A stretch of 64,000 nucleotides of DNA. Origin: Macrostomum lignano. Its lineage: Eukaryota. The notes beneath the pieces are model-generated. The model was not told where the DNA came from and searched no databases. It worked only from the letters and a program-made list of their open reading frames with translations. A program made the position numbers and the translations under genes. Shown one piece after another: positions 57,663-64,000 of this stretch (position 1 is the stretch's first letter; each line of letters opens with the position of its first letter). The stretch is taken from assembly GCA_002269645.1 (NCBI GenBank), contig NIVC01003584.1, positions 25,582 to 89,581 on the forward strand. The letters are read 5' to 3'.

Positions 57663-60600
57663 TAGAGGTAGCAAAGTTTCATAGGCCTGCACTCACACAT
57701 CTTAAGGCATTCAGTCCGGTTCAACTAATCCACATATTTCTACCCTGTGGAAGATGTATACGCCCGCAGAAAATAGCAACGGAAGTTATACTTTACAAGT
57801 GAAAAAGCCGCATTTTAAAACCCAGGAATGCAGGCTAAACGCCCATAAAAGCCTTAGGTCTTAATCGATAGCTCGAAAGAAAGGAAAATTACAACCAAGG
57901 CGCATGCGAAAGTCGCTACAGTTGGCTTCCAAGCAGCAATAGCGAAGCGCTCACAGCAGACTCAGACTATTAAGTATATCTGCCAAGGGTCGGGACTGGA
58001 ATATTTTGGTAGAAAATGCACGACGGGAGACAGAAGCGACTCAAATGGAGAGGAAACAAGGCGTACTTTTGAGTAACTAAATAGCCCTAAGAGCAGAGGA
58101 ACTTCGACTCGCTACACTTTCTTTTCTTTTATAGATAAGCAGGAGGCCGTCGAAGGTACGTATATTTTTCGCATCACAAGTGCATTTTGCAAAATTAAGA
58201 ATGTGAGCACTGGTATTTTTGGTTTGGTAAGCGACATTTTTTGCCTCGCATCAGGAATCGTCAAGCTCTTAAAAAATAGCTACGATTTATTTTTTTAAAA
58301 TCGATTTAGACGAAAATTGGTCGATAAGTCAGAAAATGTGCATTTAATTAACAGTCGATTGCAGTCTTGCGGAGCGCTCACAGTGCACAGTGCTCATGTG
58401 TACACCTAGAATACTCTAATGAGGGCACTGGCACTATGATTGTCAAGTTGATGTACATTTTCTGACTTTCATAGTTTCATTGACCCGTTGTCGTCTAAAT
58501 TGATATAAATGATAATTTTAGGGTTATTTTTGTTGCTCATTTTCAAGAGCCTGACGAAGCCTGACGCGAGGCGTAACATGTCACTTAGCTCGTGCCAAAA
58601 ATGCTAGTGCTCACATTCGTAATTTTACTAGAGCATTTTCCAAGCCGATTGAGCCTAGGAGCAAGCAATTTAATCCTTAGTGGGAAAATAAAGCTATCAG
58701 GAAAATCAAGCAATCGGGGCGACGTAACGAAAAATTTCTGAACAAAGCTGCCACAGTATCTAATGGTTTTACCTGGTCTTACAATGCCAAGACTGAGAAA
58801 TTTAGCTCGAGCTGCAAGCCAAGCAGCCAAACAGAAGCCAGACACCGATCGAGTGGAAGCAACTTCAAAGGGGACGCCGCCAACGTGGAGATCACCTTCC
58901 AGTAAAAACAGCAGGGCAGGCGGCAGCTCCAAAGGTACCAACAGAACCTGCTGTCCATCCATGCCATCGGAGACTTTAAATTATAATAATCAGACAAACT
59001 CAAATACTGACAAGTCGACTGTATTTATCAAGGACAAGTTGGCAGTAAGTTCTACCATTCTGTTTCGATCTTCTTCGTTGACAACAGTCAGATAGTAGCA
59101 CTAAGAAGTCGGTGTATGATTTTTTAATAATAAATTCTGCTCTCCTGCTCAACAAGCGCAACTCGGTCTCTCTCTATAAGCGGAGAAGACTGCACTCCTT
59201 GCTCACACTGTGCGTGCCGCGAGCATTCCCGACAGTGCACGACTCTCGGACAACTTCCTGCCGTCTCAAGCCAGCAAGTCTTGCCCTGTCCGCCTGTTGT
59301 ACTCAGATTGCTGAGACGGCGCTGGTTGAACTATGGGGGGTTGGACGATCTCAGCAAAGAAAAGTAACAGCTTACGCGGCAAAGGGAAGAAAAATGAAGC
59401 ATTGGATGAGCTGCCAGATAAGAACACGAACATGTGCATAGAAATCCCATATAGACAGCCATTAGCTGCTCTGGTGGAAGAGAATGGAAAGGGGAGTAAG
59501 CATAATTGGTGCGCGGTGGCCCAATGAACAAAATGCTTATGGAATTTGGAGGTAGCTACACGCGACTGGGAGAACTCAAACGTGACAGAGAGCTCAGAGT
59601 GGGGAGAGAAAGGGAGTTCACTACTTGGGCAGCACTGATCAGCTCATAAATACATTGGGGACACGAGGCATTGGACGAACCTCAACTCAGGAAACACGTG
59701 ACTCATGCAACCCCTCAAAGTACTCAAAGGTGAAAATATTTTTGCACGCTTACTAACATGTTGACTCATTTCTCAGGGAGACGGCTCAGAGCACAGACAA
59801 ACAGGTAGACTGGGATATTGGGACCACAGGCCAGATCTATCCGGCCATCGGGTAGTTTGAAACTTCACAACAGCAATCTAAACTGTTCAAGGTTTATATC
59901 TTCTCTCAGGTCCCTCCTCTCCCCTCTCCTTTATATCAGGTCATACCAGGATCATTTTAACTTTACAAGTCTCTTCTTAGCTATCTTCTTTATAATCCTT
60001 TTCTTGTTTCTCCTCTCTCATTACATTCTTTCTTCCTTATCTCTCCTCTATTCTCCCTTGTATTCTCATTGACATTTTCTTCATTCTCAGCTGACCCGCT
60101 AAGAACTGGAGAACCAAAAAGTCAATCCTACGATACCCTAGCCCAAAACCGCTAAGAACACAGCCTGAACTGATAGCTAAAACTACACAAGAGAAAATAA
60201 ATAGAAAACACAGACTGACACAAACAAGTACAGTGCCGCCTCCAGCGTTTCAATTTGTTCTTAGCTGAACACACAGAGAGAGATGGAACAGCATAGAAAC
60301 GCAGCGGGCAATTGAGCAGCTTTATATCAGATATAAAGCTGAATATGCAAACAATTGGTTTAATGTATTTTTGTAATTAGTAATTAAAAATGATTTTGCA
60401 GGTGCATTGGTAAACAATATAATAGGAACTTTACACTTCGCGCGCCCGGGTGAGACTTGAGGAACAAAGAAAAGGGAAAGATGGGCTGGGGGGAGTCAAG
60501 AAGCTTTTTCAAGTCTCCAAGCCGCTGATGCAACAGAGAAGAGCTTAGAAAACCAGCAGGCCTGGCGATTTCACAATTTAACAATTTTAGGCGACAAAAA

Positions 60601-60961
60601 ACAAAAAAATGCTAAAAACTGCGACTCTCAATCAGGCAATACATTTGGCTCTACTAACAGTAGCCTGATGCGGACATGAACTGAGCTCTGCATTCAATAT
60701 GAGAATTTAATAGCCACAGAAACAGGCCTGGGATACCCGGTCTGCTCAGGTCAAATTTCTAATGTTATACTAATATAAATTAGTCTTAACTAAACAAGAA
60801 AAGCGACAGTCAATGAAGAATAACACCCCAGATACGGCACAGCTGGGGTAGTTAGATGGAGAAGAAATGCAAATTTCCATCATGCATTCTTAAGACAATC
60901 GAATTGAAATATGAATGATTATTTATTATTCATGGGTTAATCTCCCACGGCCTCCAACAGG

Positions 60962-61099
60962 AAGGGGTTGGCAAACTGTTTTCCTCAAAAGTCCAGATAG
61001 AGAAGAGAGACAGACCGGATCGATATTGTGAAGTTTTAAAAGGCCCGTGGGCCGGTTAGAGAGGCTTCGCGGGCCGCATGTGAGGTTTGCCAACCCCTG
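60962..61099. mobile_element. hAT/Charlie-type MITE (~138 bp)
   Basis: Inverted ends aggggttggcaaac...gtttgccaacccctg with internal gcgggccgcatg, the terminal pattern of MER58-like hAT MITEs; no 8-bp TSD visible. Confidence 0.7.
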
Positions 61100-61376
61100 G
61101 GCCCAGAGGGTGACAACCGGGCCATGCCACAGAGTACCTGAATGCATTATAGAGGCACAATAGAGTGAGAAAGCAAACACTGCATTAACCTAGAAGTAAT
61201 CAGCAAATTAGTTCTAAGCGAATTAATTTAACACAATAAGCAGATAAACTGAGCCCAGTATTTCTTATCAACAGTGTTTTTTAGACTAAATTAAGAGAGA
61301 GAAGAAATCGCTACCCCAGTTGGGAACGAATGAGACAGGTGAGACAGGGGGGTAGGACAGGAGGGTTGGGGCACAT

Positions 61377-64000
61377 TCAGTCATGCAGCTGGGCAATGAG
61401 CCGCTCTCTCTCCTTCTCCAGCTCGCCCTCGCTCAGGTCCATGCTGTCCGAGGCGTTCAGCGCCGCCTGCGACTCCTTCGGCGGTGCATCGTCGGCAGCA
61501 GTCTTCGAGGAGCCGCCACCGCGACCTCCGCGCTCGTCACCGGAGGCTGCCGACGACCGGCTGGAATGTCGGCGCGCGCGCTTCCCGACCGCCGCTGACG
61601 ACGAGGCGCCGGAGTGGCGCCGACTCCGGTGCTGCCGGCGCCGCGAGCCGCCGCTTTCCTCGCCGTCGTCAGGCAAGTCATCGCCGCCGCCGCCGCCGCC
61701 TTCGTCGCGTTTTCGTTTCCGACTGCTGCCGCCGCCGCTGGAGGACTTGCCCTCCTTTCTGTGTTTCTTCTGCTCCTTTTCTTTCTTGTCCTTTTTCTTC
61801 TTTTTCTTCTCGCCACCAGCTTCGCCCTCGCCGTCGTCGGAATGCCGACTCTGCTTTTTCTTCTTCTTTTTGGCTTTTTTGTCGCGCTCGCCGCCGGAGT
61901 CCGCCTTCTCGCCGTCCAAGTCGCCGTCGCTGTTTCGACGCGACTTCTTGCGGTCTTTGTCCTTAGACCGGTGGTCCTTGTCCTTGTCGACCTCCCGGTC
62001 GCGGTCTTTCTTTTTCTTCTTTTTCTTGCCCCAGCCGCGGCGCCCGTGCCGCCAGACGCTGCGGATGCCGCCGGTTCGGCGAGGCTCTTCAAGAAGTCCT
62101 TGAACACGATGAGGCGCTCGACTCGAGCGGGATGGCCTGGAAGCAGTCGGCCTGGCCGAATCTCTCCCTGACGGTGTCCCAGCTGGTGCTGGCGTCAACA
62201 GGCGGATCGGCCGAGAACAGCAGCTCCTTGAAGGCCTCGGCATGGCGCTGCATCTTGCGGCGCTCCTCTGCACGCTTCTCCTGCTCGATACAGCGCGCCT
62301 TCTCCTGCAGGCTGTCGAAGCTGCGCTCCACGTTGCCGGGGTCCAGCGAGCGGCCGCGCTCGTCCGAAGCGATCAGGCGAAGGAAATCCTCCAGCGCGGT
62401 GTCCGGACAGATGCTGAACGCGCGGTCCTTCATGATCTCCTTCACGATGCGCTTCTCCTCGGGAATCGTTTCTTCAGATCGTCCACGTAGAATTTGAACA
62501 GGTCCAGCGGCGTGGAGCCCTGCTGGCACAGCATCTGGTCGAAACGACGGTCGCGGCAGATGTCGCGGAAGCAGTCTTTCCATAGGGAGTTCGCAGTGAG
62601 CCGGCCCTGGGATGGGAGGAAATGCAAATAGACATTCATTATAGGAGCTTTGCTTTGCTTGTCTATTCTCCTCAGTGACAGATCTACTCCAATCAGTGAC
62701 AGATCTACTTTAATCAGTGACAGATCCACTCCCATCAGTGACAGATCTACTCCAATCAGTGACAGATCTACTCCAATCAGTGACAGATCTACTTCAATCA
62801 GTGACAGATCTACTCCAATCAGTGACAGATCTACTTCAATCAGTGACAGATCTACTCCCATCAGTGACGGATCCACTCCAATCAGTGACAATCTACTTCA
62901 ATCAGTGACAGATCTACTCCAATCAGTGACAGATCTACTTCAATCAGTGACAGATCTGCTCCCATCAGTGACGGATCCACTCCCATCAGTGACAGATCCA
63001 CTCCAATCAGTGACAGATCTACTTCAATCAGTGACAGATCTACTCCCGTCAGTGACAGATCCACTCCGTCAGTGGCAGATCCACTCCCGTCAGTGGCAGA
63101 TCCACTCCCGTCAGTGGCAGATCCACTCCCATCAGTGACAGATCCACTCCAATCAGTGACAGATCCACTCCAATCAGTGACAGATCCACTCCCATCAGTG
63201 ACAGATCCACTCCCATCAGTGACAGATCCACTCCAATCAGTGACAGATCCACTGCCATCAGTGACAGATCCACTGCCATCAGTGACAGATCCACTCCCAT
63301 CAGTGACAGATCCACTCTTATCAGTGACAGATCCACTGCCATCAGTGATAGATCCACTCCCATCAGTGACAGATCCACTCCCATCAGTGGCAGATCCACT
63401 CCCATCAGTGACAGATCCACTCCCATCAGTGACAGATCCACTCCCATCAGTGACAGATCCACTCCCATCAGTGACAGATCCACTCCCATCAGTGACAGAT
63501 CCACTCCCATCAGTGACAGATCCACTCCCATCAGTGACAGATCCACTCCCATCAGTGACAGATCCACTCCCATCAGTGACAGATCCACTCCCGTCAGTGC
63601 AGATCCACTCCCGTCAGTGGCAGATCACTCCCGTCAGTGGCAGATCCACTCCCGTCAGTGGCAGATCCACTCCATCAGTGACAGATCCGCTCATACCTGG
63701 TCATGCGCAGCTCGTCCAACAGCACAACGAAGGCCTCTCTATTCTTCCTCTCTTGCCGCGCTGCCTCAGCTGGTTCTCCTCTTTCTTATCGTCCTCCTCT
63801 TTCTCCAGGCGGGTGACGTGTTTCTGAAAGCAGATCAGCGCGTCCTCCTTGTCCATGTCTAGCAGCTCGCGGTCGAGCGGAAGCTGGCGCTATTGCTGAG
63901 CTGCTGTGCCTCAGTCCAGGTGGTCAGGTAGTTCATCTCCTTCATACCCGCCAGAATTCTCACCGAACCGTTCGATATTCCTGCGCTGCAGGGCCCGCTG
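61377..64000 (-). CDS. PRPF40: Pre-mRNA-processing factor 40 homolog, 3' part (FF domains and Lys/Arg-rich tail), frameshifted in this sequence
   Basis: Exons >64000-63697 and 62606-61377. Motifs [48 protein letters not shown] and terminal [17 protein letters not shown]; they are recovered only by switching frames at about 6 single-base indels. Confidence 0.9.
62672..63690 (+). repeat. 22-bp minisatellite (agtgacagatccactcccatc-a)n filling the PRPF40 intron
   Basis: About 45 units within the intron 63696-62607. Confidence 0.97.

Noticed and set aside
58763-59095. Basic N-terminal ORF (MPRLRNLARAASQAAKQK)
   Set aside because: Short, with no domain or splice support; could be transposon debris.
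62442-63827. [14 protein letters not shown] repeat proteins
   Set aside because: 22-bp intronic minisatellite of PRPF40.

Overview
Eukaryotic (animal) genomic DNA with GT-AG spliced genes, GC-rich exons and introns mostly filled by private minisatellites. This style suggests a free-living flatworm such as Macrostomum (inference only). There is no prokaryotic content and no CRISPR array; most long ORFs in the track are translations of tandem repeats. 1-15 kb: a rearranged cluster of three two-exon genes for a secreted WSC + PAN/apple-like protein. Two copies lie in a ~3 kb inverted duplication whose non-coding flank is ~99% identical while the coding sequence carries mostly replacement changes. 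The region also holds LTR-retrotransposon debris (one fragment contains a ubiquitin C-terminus-like LHRVLRLRGG peptide) and an inverted partial copy of the ASL gene. 17-64 kb: six consecutive minus-strand genes. (1) Argininosuccinate lyase, with no adjacent ATG and a splice acceptor directly at codon 2, a candidate for a spliced-leader-donated AUG. (2) A gene with an RBR-type RING1. (3) An orphan gene. (4) A HEAT-repeat gene. (5) An OTULIN/FAM105-like gene with a degenerate catalytic site and a possible membrane-anchor exon. (6) The 3' part of PRPF40, with several single-base frameshifts that are probably sequence errors. Mobile elements: an intact mariner nested in a MITE-like repeat, a 5'-truncated RT-RNase H LINE with a 10-bp TSD, a tRNA-derived SINE family and a hAT-type MITE. 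Exon boundaries were assembled by hand and are predictions.
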